Below are positions 27,420 to 34,972 of a stretch of 50,636 nt of DNA, piece by piece (position 1 is the first letter of the stretch; each line of letters opens with the position of its first letter). Below the pieces are notes generated by a model. The model saw only the letters and a program-made list of their open reading frames with translations. It had not been told where the DNA came from and ran no database searches. The position numbers and the translations under genes are program-made. Origin of the DNA: Candidatus Methylomirabilis sp. Its GTDB lineage: Bacteria; Patescibacteriota; DYJS01. The stretch spans positions 1-50,636 of the forward strand of contig DYJS01000006.1 in assembly GCA_020723005.1 (NCBI GenBank), written 5' to 3'.

Positions 27420-28943
27420 ATGAAAAGAAAGGTTTTGCTTATAATACGAGATGGTTGGGGTTTTCGAGAAAGTTGTGAAGAAAATGCAGTTTGTAGTGCA
27501 AATTTACCAACTTCAAAATTTTTAAAAGAAAATTTTCCAAGTACTTTAATAGAAGCAAGTGGAGAAGCAGTTGGACTTCCAAATGGAACGATGGGAAATT
27601 CTGAAGTTGGACACACAACAATTGGAGCTGGAAGAATAAAATTTCAACCATATTTGCAGATTAACAAAGCTATCGAGAGTGGAGAATTTTTTAGAAATTC
27701 TGCAATTTTATCTGCAATTGAAAATTGTAAAAAAAATAATTCTACACTTCATTTGATTGGACTTTTGCAAATTGAGGCAGTCCATTCGCATTTAAGTCAT
27801 CTTTTTGCAATTTTAGATTTTTGCAAAAAAGAAAATTTCAAAAATGTTGCAATTCATATTATTACAGATGGTAGGGATTCTGGAGTTCATAGCAGTTTAA
27901 ATCGTCTTCAAGAATTGAATCAAAAAATTTTTGAAATTGGTTTTGGAAAAATTGTTTCAGTTTCTGGAAGATATTTTTCAATGGATAGAGATAATCGTTG
28001 GGAACGAACAAAAAAGGGTTTTGATGCAATAGTTTTTGGAAATAGTGCAGAAAAATTTAAAGATCCGGAAATTGCGATAAGATCTTCTCATGAAAAAAAT
28101 ATAACCGATGAATTTATTGAGCCAATCGTTTATGAAAATTATTTTGGTTTTTCTGAAAACGATTCTGTGATTTTTTGGAATTTTCGAACAGATCGCACAA
28201 GACAACTTACAAAAGCGATTGTTGAAAAAGATTTTGAAAATTTTGAAAGAGAGAATTTGCCAAAAGTTTACTTTGTTGCGATGACAGAATTTTATAAACC
28301 AATGAATGCAGTTGTTGCTTTTTATGATGTGAAATTAAAAAATACCTTAGGTGAGGTTTTGGCAAAAAATAGTTTAACTCAACTTCGAATTTCTGAGACT
28401 GAAAAATATGCACATATCACATTTTTTATGAATGGACAGGTTGAAATTCCAAATATTGGCGAAGAGAGAATTGTGATTTCTTCTCCAAAAGTTGCAACCT
28501 ATGATCTTCAGCCAGAGATGAGTGTTTTTAAGGTTAAAGAAAGATTAATAGAGGAAATTAAAAAAGAAAAGTTTGACTTTATTGTTGTAAATTTTGTAAA
28601 TGCTGATATGGTGGGTCATACCGCAGTTCTTCCTGCAATTATTAAAGCTTTGGAATCAGTTGATTCTTGTACAAAAGAAGTTGTTGATGTTGCTCTTTCA
28701 AAAAATTATGAAATTTTAATTACCGCAGACCATGGAAATGCAGAAGATCAGCGAGAAATTTTTAGAACTTCGCACACGACTCATCCAGTTGAATTTTTTT
28801 TAGTTAGTAATGATGAAAAATTGAGAAAAGCGAAACTAAAATCTGGAAGAGGTTTGCAAGATATTGCACCAACAATTTTGGAACTTTTGGAAATTGAAAA
28901 GCCGTCTGAAATGACAGGAGAGAGTTTGATTGAGAAGATCTAA
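27420..28943 (+). CDS. gpmI: 2,3-bisphosphoglycerate-independent phosphoglycerate mutase
   Basis: LIIRDGWG, GTMGNSEVGHTTIGAGR, ITDGRD, SGRYFSMDRDNRWER, ADMVGHT and TADHGNAE are present. Confidence 0.95.
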   Translation: MKRKVLLIIRDGWGFRESCEENAVCSANLPTSKFLKENFPSTLIEASGEAVGLPNGTMGNSEVGHTTIGAGRIKFQPYLQINKAIESGEFFRNSAILSAIENCKKNNSTLHLIGLLQIEAVHSHLSHLFAILDFCKKENFKNVAIHIITDGRDSGVHSSLNRLQELNQKIFEIGFGKIVSVSGRYFSMDRDNRWERTKKGFDAIVFGNSAEKFKDPEIAIRSSHEKNITDEFIEPIVYENYFGFSENDSVIFWNFRTDRTRQLTKAIVEKDFENFERENLPKVYFVAMTEFYKPMNAVVAFYDVKLKNTLGEVLAKNSLTQLRISETEKYAHITFFMNGQVEIPNIGEERIVISSPKVATYDLQPEMSVFKVKERLIEEIKKEKFDFIVVNFVNADMVGHTAVLPAIIKALESVDSCTKEVVDVALSKNYEILITADHGNAEDQREIFRTSHTTHPVEFFLVSNDEKLRKAKLKSGRGLQDIAPTILELLEIEKPSEMTGESLIEKI

Positions 28944-29224
28944 AAGTTTTTCTTATTTTATCTTTAAGAAAGAATCATTAAAATAAACATTTTTTTAATT
29001 TTTTCTATATTTATTAAGGAAAAAATTTTTCTAAAATAGAGGAAAGATCGTTGTTTGAATTAAATATAGAAGAGATCAAAATTATAAAAGTTGATAAACC
29101 AATTGAAATAAAAAGTGTAAAGATAAAATTTAGAAAAAATGTTTTTTCTTTGTCGTTTTCCATGCTTTTAAAATTATTTGAAATATTTGAAAAAAAACTA
29201 GTTTGAAAATGAAAAAAAACAAGT

Positions 29225-29731
29225 TTGACAATTTTGAAATATAAAATTTTTCAAGACGATCATCCAATTTTGAAAAAAAAATGCGAAGAAGTTTCAAAAA
29301 ATACAGAAAATCTTCAAGATATGATTGATACACTAAAACATGCGCTTTTTGTTGATTATAAAAAAACAGGAGCTGGATTGGCAGGAAATCAGATCGGTTT
29401 TTCATATCAAATTTTAGCAATAAATTTTAGAAATGAAGAACAAAATGAAAAACATTTAAATGAAATTTGGATTAATCCAAAAATTATCTGGTCTTCCAAA
29501 AAAAGTTATGAAATGTTTGAAGGATGCCTCTCTTATCCAAATATTCTAGTTCCCGTTATTCGTCCTTCTGAAGTAAAAATCGAAGCATTTAATGAAAAAT
29601 TTGAAAAAAAAGTTTTTCGTGCAAAAGATTTTTATGCTCGTGTTTTTCAACATGAAATTGATCACTTAAACGGAATAACATTTTTAGATCGTGCCTCAGA
29701 TCTTTCTAGGATAAAAAAAATTAAAAAATAA
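29225..29731 (+). CDS. def: Peptide deformylase
   Basis: GAGLAGNQIG, EGCLSYP and QHEIDHLNG are the three PDF motifs. The start is a TTG. Confidence 0.9.
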   Translation: MTILKYKIFQDDHPILKKKCEEVSKNTENLQDMIDTLKHALFVDYKKTGAGLAGNQIGFSYQILAINFRNEEQNEKHLNEIWINPKIIWSSKKSYEMFEGCLSYPNILVPVIRPSEVKIEAFNEKFEKKVFRAKDFYARVFQHEIDHLNGITFLDRASDLSRIKKIKK

Positions 29732-29732
29732 A

Positions 29733-30671
29733 ATGAAAAAATTTCTGATTTTTCTATTTCTTCTTTTTCCAAATTTCGTTTTTGCAGAAAACAGAACATA
29801 TTACGAAAGAGCAAAAGTCTTAGAAAAAAACGATTTAGAGTGTAAAATTTTAGTAGAAAGTGGAAAATTTTCTGGAAGAGAGTTTTCTACAATCAAAACA
29901 AAAGAGTGTCAAAAAAACAAAAATGTTTACATAAGAATTATTGAAGAAAACAAAACAAATTTTGAATCTATTGTTTCTGCAACAATTATTTCAAAATCAA
30001 TAGATTTTTTTGGAATTTTGGTTTTTGGAATTTTAGTAATTCTAACTTTTTTAATTGGAGGTTTTTGGTTTGCAATTTTTCATATTTTCATAACCTCTCT
30101 CCTTTTTCTAAACTTCTTTTTTTGGGATCAAATTAGTAATTTTCTGAAAATTATCTCTTTTTTTTCAATTTTCTACATATTTTTTATAAACCGATCAAAA
30201 ATTTTAATCAAAAACTATTTAAAATTTTTTGAAACAATTTTTATTTCTGTTTTTTTTGGAACAATTCTTAATCTGACAATAAATTTTTTAACATTTCAAA
30301 GTGTAAAAATTTCAATCAGTAAAATTTTTGCATTTTTTTTTGGAAGTATAATTATATCTTTTTTTACAAAGAAAAATTCAGAATTTAACATTCTTGAAGT
30401 TTTTGATTCAAAGAAAATAGATGTGGAAAAGTGGCTTATAGCGAGTATTTTCTCTGGAAATTTAATAATTTTTTTTTGGACAAAAACAGATCTTCCATTT
30501 CTAAAAGGAATTTTTAGCAACATAGATTTTCTCTCTGCAATAGAATCTGCAATCTCTCTTGTTTTTGTTTCAGTCGTTGCATACATAATAATCAATACAG
30601 ATTTTATGATTATGTTTAAGAAAAAACCAAAAAAAATTTCATCTCAATTTATCAAAAAAGATCTTTCGTAG
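29733..30671 (+). CDS. Membrane protein with signal peptide, small exposed domain and ~6-7 TM helices; unknown function
   Basis: It starts 1 nt after the def stop. The signal peptide is FLLFPNFVFA. About 70 soluble residues are followed by hydrophobic helices. Confidence 0.5.
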   Translation: MKKFLIFLFLLFPNFVFAENRTYYERAKVLEKNDLECKILVESGKFSGREFSTIKTKECQKNKNVYIRIIEENKTNFESIVSATIISKSIDFFGILVFGILVILTFLIGGFWFAIFHIFITSLLFLNFFFWDQISNFLKIISFFSIFYIFFINRSKILIKNYLKFFETIFISVFFGTILNLTINFLTFQSVKISISKIFAFFFGSIIISFFTKKNSEFNILEVFDSKKIDVEKWLIASIFSGNLIIFFWTKTDLPFLKGIFSNIDFLSAIESAISLVFVSVVAYIIINTDFMIMFKKKPKKISSQFIKKDLS

Positions 30672-31923
30672 GAAAAAACAAAACTTCGTTTATATCTTTT
30701 TGATTCAAAACTAATTGGCAAATTCTATCAAATCCAATTGCAACTCCACCACTAGGAGGCATTCCAACTTCCAAAGCATCAAAAAAATCTTTATCTAATG
30801 GAGTAATTTGTTTTTTTAAATTTTTTCTAATTTCTCCTTCTTCAACAAATCTCTCTTCTTGTTCTTTTGCATCGTTTAGTTCAGAAAATCCATTTGCAAT
30901 TTCAAGTCCTCCAACAAAAATTTCAAATCTTTCTGCATAAAAATTATTTTTTGTTGATTTTCTTGCAAGGCTTGCTTCAAAATATGGATAATTTTTTACA
31001 ATCACAATCTCTTCGCTTTTGTTAATTTCGTTCTCAAAAAACTCAATGAAAATTTTGTAAAAAATATCAGAGATTAAATCTTCTTCTAAAATTTCTAAAT
31101 TCAAGCTTTTAGCAAAAGATTTGAAATTTTCTAAATTTTCTGCAACTAACTCTAATTTTTTGCCAAATTTTTTTTCAAATTCTTTCTCAATTTCAAAAAT
31201 TTTTATTTTTTTAAAATCAAACTTTTTTCCGTTGAACTCTAAAAAATCTCTTTCATTAATTTGAAAATTCAAAAATTTTAAAAGATCAATTGTGTCTTTG
31301 CAAACATCCATATAATCTGCAAAAGATCTATAAAATTCTAAAATTGAAAATTCAAAATTATGTCTCTCGTCTGTTGGCTCTCCATTTCTAAAGCTTTTTG
31401 TGAGAGAATAAATTTTATCAAATCCTGCAACCAAAAGTTTTTTATGCTGAAGTTCTGGAGAGGTTGAAAGGAACATCTTCTGTTTTTTTCCATTTTGAAA
31501 ATTTATCTCTGTTTCAAAATAGTTTAAACTCCATTCTGTTGCAGGAGATAAAATCATAATCGGAACTTCAGTTTCTAAAAAACCTTTTTTATCAAAAAAT
31601 TTATGAGTCAAAAATTTCATTTTTGCCCTTTTTTTTACTAAATTTTTTAAATTTCTATCTAACAAAAATTTTTTCCAACTTTTATTTTGATTATAAACTT
31701 TTTCAAAATTTTTTGGTCGGTGCAAAAGTTTTATTTTCAAAATTTTTAAAACTTTTTTTTCATTAATTTCTCCAGAAATCTCCACAATGTCACCATTTCG
31801 TAAATTTTGATTTTTCTCCAAAGAGATCCTATTGTTTATATTTACAAAAAAAATTTCACCAGATTTTTCCGAAAGAAAAATCTCGTTTTTTTCATTTACA
31901 AAAATTCTACCAAAAAAAATCAT
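30652..31923 (-). CDS. lysS: Class IIb aminoacyl-tRNA synthetase, LysRS-like (short, 423 aa)
   Basis: It has a short N-terminal OB-like segment, motif 1 region GFLETEVPIM, SPELQHKKLLVAGFDKIY..FRNGEPTDERHNFEFSILEFY, SELNDAKEQEERF and PPSGGVAIGFDRI. HN(P)EF plus ELND..Q..RF favour LysRS/EpmA over AsnRS/AspRS. Confidence 0.6.
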   Translation of the reverse strand: MIFFGRIFVNEKNEIFLSEKSGEIFFVNINNRISLEKNQNLRNGDIVEISGEINEKKVLKILKIKLLHRPKNFEKVYNQNKSWKKFLLDRNLKNLVKKRAKMKFLTHKFFDKKGFLETEVPIMILSPATEWSLNYFETEINFQNGKKQKMFLSTSPELQHKKLLVAGFDKIYSLTKSFRNGEPTDERHNFEFSILEFYRSFADYMDVCKDTIDLLKFLNFQINERDFLEFNGKKFDFKKIKIFEIEKEFEKKFGKKLELVAENLENFKSFAKSLNLEILEEDLISDIFYKIFIEFFENEINKSEEIVIVKNYPYFEASLARKSTKNNFYAERFEIFVGGLEIANGFSELNDAKEQEERFVEEGEIRKNLKKQITPLDKDFFDALEVGMPPSGGVAIGFDRICQLVLNQKDINEVLFFPTKDLF

Positions 31924-31975
31924 AAAAGTTTTTCTCGTAAAAAAATTGAAGTAATTTTAAAATTTTGCAACAATA

Positions 31976-32496
31976 TTGACTTTTTATAGAAACAAAATAG
32001 AAAAAAATCTAACATTAAAAAGTCGATTTAAATTAAATAATTATATTATTTTGTTAAAACATTTCATTAATATTTTTTTTGGATCAAAAGAAATTCATTT
32101 AAAAGATTTGGATTTTAAATTTACTGGTTCTCCTATTTTTGAAATAACTAATAAAACAGACTCTTACGATATAAGATTTTTGGAATAATTAATAATGAGA
32201 TTTTTCATTTAAAAATTACAATCAATACTAAAGTAGAAAGGGTTAGGATTGCTATTGATGTTGAAACAGATCAAAATATTGTGTTAATACAAAAACATAA
32301 ACAAGAGATTTTGAAAAATATAATCTCTCTTTTAGAGAACTCTCTTTCAGATAACAAATCTAGTGAGAGTTCAGAAATTATTAAATTAGAAATTTCAATT
32401 ATAAAAAGTGCAATAACAATATTAAGAAAAACTGATCCAGATTCTATAATAGTTTTAATTTCATTGAATAGGCGACCAAATCAACCAGTTCCATAA
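31976..32496 (+). pseudogene. Two overlapping-frame ORF pieces, possible frame-disrupted gene of unknown function
   Basis: ORF 31976..32188 ends at a TAA. A second frame is open from 32155 to 32496, but its only start candidate is a GTG at 32281. The frames overlap by ~34 nt. Both are antiparallel to the flanking genes. I recognise no motif. Confidence 0.25.
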
Positions 32497-33279
32497 TTAA
32501 AAAACTATAAAAAACGAAATAAATGAAAGAATTATCAAATAAACTCCGAAAGGTTTTAATCCGATTTTTTCAAAAAACTTTAGGAAAAATTTTGCAGAAA
32601 AAAATCCAATAATAAAACTAGTTAGGAATCCTGCTAATAAATTTACTAAACTCATCTCTCCAAAACCTTTTTGAAAAAGATCTAAAATTCCTTCTGCAAA
32701 TGCAAGAGAAATTGCTGGAAAAAAGAGAAAAAATGAAATTTTTAAAGCTTCCTTTTTTTGGAGTCCTGACAAAATTCCACCGGCAGTTGTAATTCCACTT
32801 CGAGAAACACCAGGGAAAAGTCCAATTGCTTGAAAAATTCCAGCAACAAAAATCTGATTTTTTAAATTTTTTTGTTTAAAAGGAAAAGTTTTTATCAAAA
32901 AATTTATACTTAAAAAAATAGTTCCAGTGAATAAAAATGTGTATGGAACAAGATGTTCTGAAAATAATTTCCCCTTTAAATCAAAAAAAACAACAATTCC
33001 ACCAAAAATTATAACAGGGGTTGTTGCAAAAAAATATGGCATCCACTCAGAAAAAAAAGTTTTGATTGAAGAAAATTTTTGGAAAAACTCTTTATTTAAA
33101 ACTAAAACTAAGCTAAGTAAGGTTCCAAAATGTAAAACTAAATCAAAAAAAATTAGTTTTTCTGTATTTAAACCAAAAAGATGTTGAAAAAGGACCAGGT
33201 GTCCGCTGGAAGAAATTGGCAAAAATTCTGTAATTCCTTGCAAGAATCCAAGAAAAACTGCAATTAAAAAACTTCTCAA
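32497..33279 (-). CDS. uppP: Undecaprenyl-diphosphate phosphatase (BacA/UppP)
   Basis: GITEFLPISSSGHL and PGVSRSGITTAGG are signature motifs. The protein is polytopic. Confidence 0.9.
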   Translation of the reverse strand: MRSFLIAVFLGFLQGITEFLPISSSGHLVLFQHLFGLNTEKLIFFDLVLHFGTLLSLVLVLNKEFFQKFSSIKTFFSEWMPYFFATTPVIIFGGIVVFFDLKGKLFSEHLVPYTFLFTGTIFLSINFLIKTFPFKQKNLKNQIFVAGIFQAIGLFPGVSRSGITTAGGILSGLQKKEALKISFFLFFPAISLAFAEGILDLFQKGFGEMSLVNLLAGFLTSFIIGFFSAKFFLKFFEKIGLKPFGVYLIILSFISFFIVF

Positions 33280-33404
33280 AAAACTTTTTTACAGTAAAGA
33301 TCTAAAAATTTTATAAAAAAAAACTAGAATTTTTTAAAAATCTTTTGAAGTCTATTTTTAAAAAAAATTTTTTAAAATTTAAAAATCTTAAAAAATATGA
33401 AATG

Positions 33405-33476
33405 TATCCGTGGTAGGAATCGAACCTGCATCAAGGCCTTAGGAGAGCCTTGTTCTATCCATTGAACTACACGGAC
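33405..33476 (-). tRNA. tRNA-Arg (anticodon CCT)
   Basis: A hand-folded cloverleaf on the minus strand reads GTCCGTG TA GTTC AATGGATA GAAC A AGGCT CTCCTAA GGCCT TGAT GCAGG TTCGATT CCTAC CACGGAT A. It has one C-A mismatch in the T stem and a G1-U72 pair. CCA is not encoded. Confidence 0.8.
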
Positions 33477-33479
33477 TTT

Positions 33480-33877
33480 TGCTTCAAATTCCATAAGCCG
33501 TATTCTGTTTTAGGCAAAATTTATCTTGTTTTTTTGTTGCCAAAAAAATCTTTGCGGAACGAAGATTATCGGCTAGTCGCAAAACTCTTCCGGAGCTAAC
33601 CAATCTCGTTACCTTGCACCAACTTGGGTTTTCCTGCTCTCAAAAATCACTTCTTGAGATTGTGAGCTCTTACCTCACTCTTTTCACCTTTTCTAAAATT
33701 TTGAAAATGCTTAGATAACTCTTAAGCATTGTAATAAAATTTTAGTAGTTTTGTTTCTGTGGCACTTTCCCGATTTCAAAAATTTGAAATGGTGGGTATT
33801 ACCCACAAGTCTGAATTTTTGGTGTACGGACTTTCCTCTGAAAATTTTTATTTTCAGTATTGCCCAAATTTGAAGCA
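33480..33877 (-). ncRNA. rnpB: RNase P RNA (bacterial type)
   Basis: This is an ORF-free, locally GC-enriched block. The minus strand contains the universal P4 strands AGAGGAAAGUCCGUAC (5') and ACAGAAUACGGCUUAUGG (3'), GGUAAGAGCUCAC, and GGGAAAGUGCCACAGAAA. The terminal P1 pairing is GCUUCAAAUU/AAUUUGAAGC. The ends are approximate, to within a few nt. Confidence 0.88.
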
Positions 33878-33882
33878 GAAAA

Positions 33883-33910
33883 AAACTAAATAAAATTTTT
33901 GTGAAGTAAA
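33883..33910 (-). promoter_or_regulatory. Candidate rnpB promoter (TTTACT-N16-TAGTTT on minus strand)
   Basis: The -10-like hexamer ends about 6-7 nt before the first P1 nucleotide of rnpB. It is back-to-back with the rpsL promoter. Confidence 0.4.
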
Positions 33911-33923
33911 ATTTATTTCTTTC

Positions 33924-33951
33924 TTGACTTGAATTTAAATCTATTTAGTTT
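33924..33951 (+). promoter_or_regulatory. Candidate rpsL promoter (TTGACT-N16-TAGTTT)
   Basis: TTGACT sits at 33924-33929 and TAGTTT at 33946-33951. Its position argues against the ORF-track start of rpsL at 33929. Confidence 0.4.
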
Positions 33952-33973
33952 GCCAACTGGAAAATTAAATTTT

Positions 33974-34399
33974 TTGCCAACAATAAATCAAAAAATCAGA
34001 GGGAGATCAATTCAGAAAACAAAAAAATCTAAATCTCCAGCAGTTAACAAAAACTATAACTCAATTAAGAATGTTATAGGATATGCTAGAAAAGGGAATC
34101 CTTTTAAAAGAGGTGTTTGTATAAAAGTTACAACAATGACACCGAAAAAACCTAATTCTGCTCGTCGAAAAATTGCAAAAGTCAGACTTTCTAACAAAAC
34201 AGAAGTTTTAGCTTATATTATGGGTGAAGGACATAATTTACAAGAGCACTCCGTTGTTCTTCTTCGTGGTGGTCGCGTAAAAGATCTTCCTGGTGTAAAA
34301 TATCATATTGTTCGTGGTGTTTTGGATCTTGCTGGAGTTCAAAAAAGACAGCAATCAAGAAGTAAATATGGTGTTAAAAAACCAAAAGTATCTAAATAA
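33974..34399 (+). CDS. rpsL: 30S ribosomal protein S12
   Basis: A TTG start gives (M)PTINQKIRG, the canonical S12 N-terminus. [50 protein letters not shown] follow. There is a ~12-aa insertion ([17 protein letters not shown]) before KRGVC. Confidence 0.93.
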   Translation: MPTINQKIRGRSIQKTKKSKSPAVNKNYNSIKNVIGYARKGNPFKRGVCIKVTTMTPKKPNSARRKIAKVRLSNKTEVLAYIMGEGHNLQEHSVVLLRGGRVKDLPGVKYHIVRGVLDLAGVQKRQQSRSKYGVKKPKVSK

Positions 34400-34420
34400 A
34401 AAATTTAAAAAAATTTTAAT

Positions 34421-34894
34421 ATGGTAAGAAAAATTGTTAAAGATAAAAGTTTTTACTACTCTGATCCAATGTATTCAAATTATTACATTGCAAAACTTGT
34501 AAATTTTGTGATGAAATGGGGTAAAAAACAAACTGCAAGAAAAATAGTTTATAATGCACTTGATATTGCTTCAAAAGAATTGAAAGCAAAACCAGACGAA
34601 ATCATAACAAATGTTTTAGCAAATGTTGCTCCAAGTGTTGAAGTTCGTGCAAAAAGAGTTGGTGGTGCTGTTTATCAAGTTCCTTTTGAAGTTTCTCCAG
34701 AAAGACAAATTACACTTTGCTATCGATGGATTGTTGATTTGGCAAGAAGTAGAAAGGGACTTCCTATGGCAAAAAAACTTGCAAAAGAACTTATAGATGG
34801 ATTTAATAATATTGGTGAAGCAGTAAAAAAGAAAGAGAGTGTTCATAAAACTGCTGCAGCAAACAGAGCCTTTGCTCATTTTGCAAGATATTAA
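34421..34894 (+). CDS. rpsG: 30S ribosomal protein S7
   Basis: DPMYSNYYIAKLVNFVMKWGKK, VEVRAKRVGGAVYQVP and NRAFAHFR match S7. Confidence 0.95.
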   Translation: MVRKIVKDKSFYYSDPMYSNYYIAKLVNFVMKWGKKQTARKIVYNALDIASKELKAKPDEIITNVLANVAPSVEVRAKRVGGAVYQVPFEVSPERQITLCYRWIVDLARSRKGLPMAKKLAKELIDGFNNIGEAVKKKESVHKTAAANRAFAHFARY

Positions 34895-34913
34895 AAATCT
34901 AAAATTAAAAAGT

Positions 34914-34941
34914 AAAAAACCTTGTATGTGCAAGGTTTTTT
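34914..34941. terminator. Bidirectional intrinsic terminator between rpsG (+) and murC (-)
   Basis: In AAAAAACCTTG-tatgtg-CAAGGTTTTTT, an A-run and a T-run flank a CCTTG/CAAGG stem, so a U-tail is produced on either strand. It lies between convergent genes. Confidence 0.6.
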
Positions 34942-34972
34942 ACTTTCAACAAAATCAATTTTCAATTCCAAA

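Noticed and set aside
29014-29163. A 49-codon minus-strand ORF (MENDKEKTFFLNFIFTLFISIGLSTFIILISS...) in the gpmI-def spacer.
   Set aside because: It has one hydrophobic stretch but no SD, no conservation evidence and very AT-rich codons. The evidence is too weak to annotate.
33929-33973. The ORF-track N-terminal extension of rpsL ([15 protein letters not shown]...).
   Set aside because: It would start inside the -35 box of the predicted promoter. The canonical S12 N-terminus PTINQ begins at the TTG at 33974.
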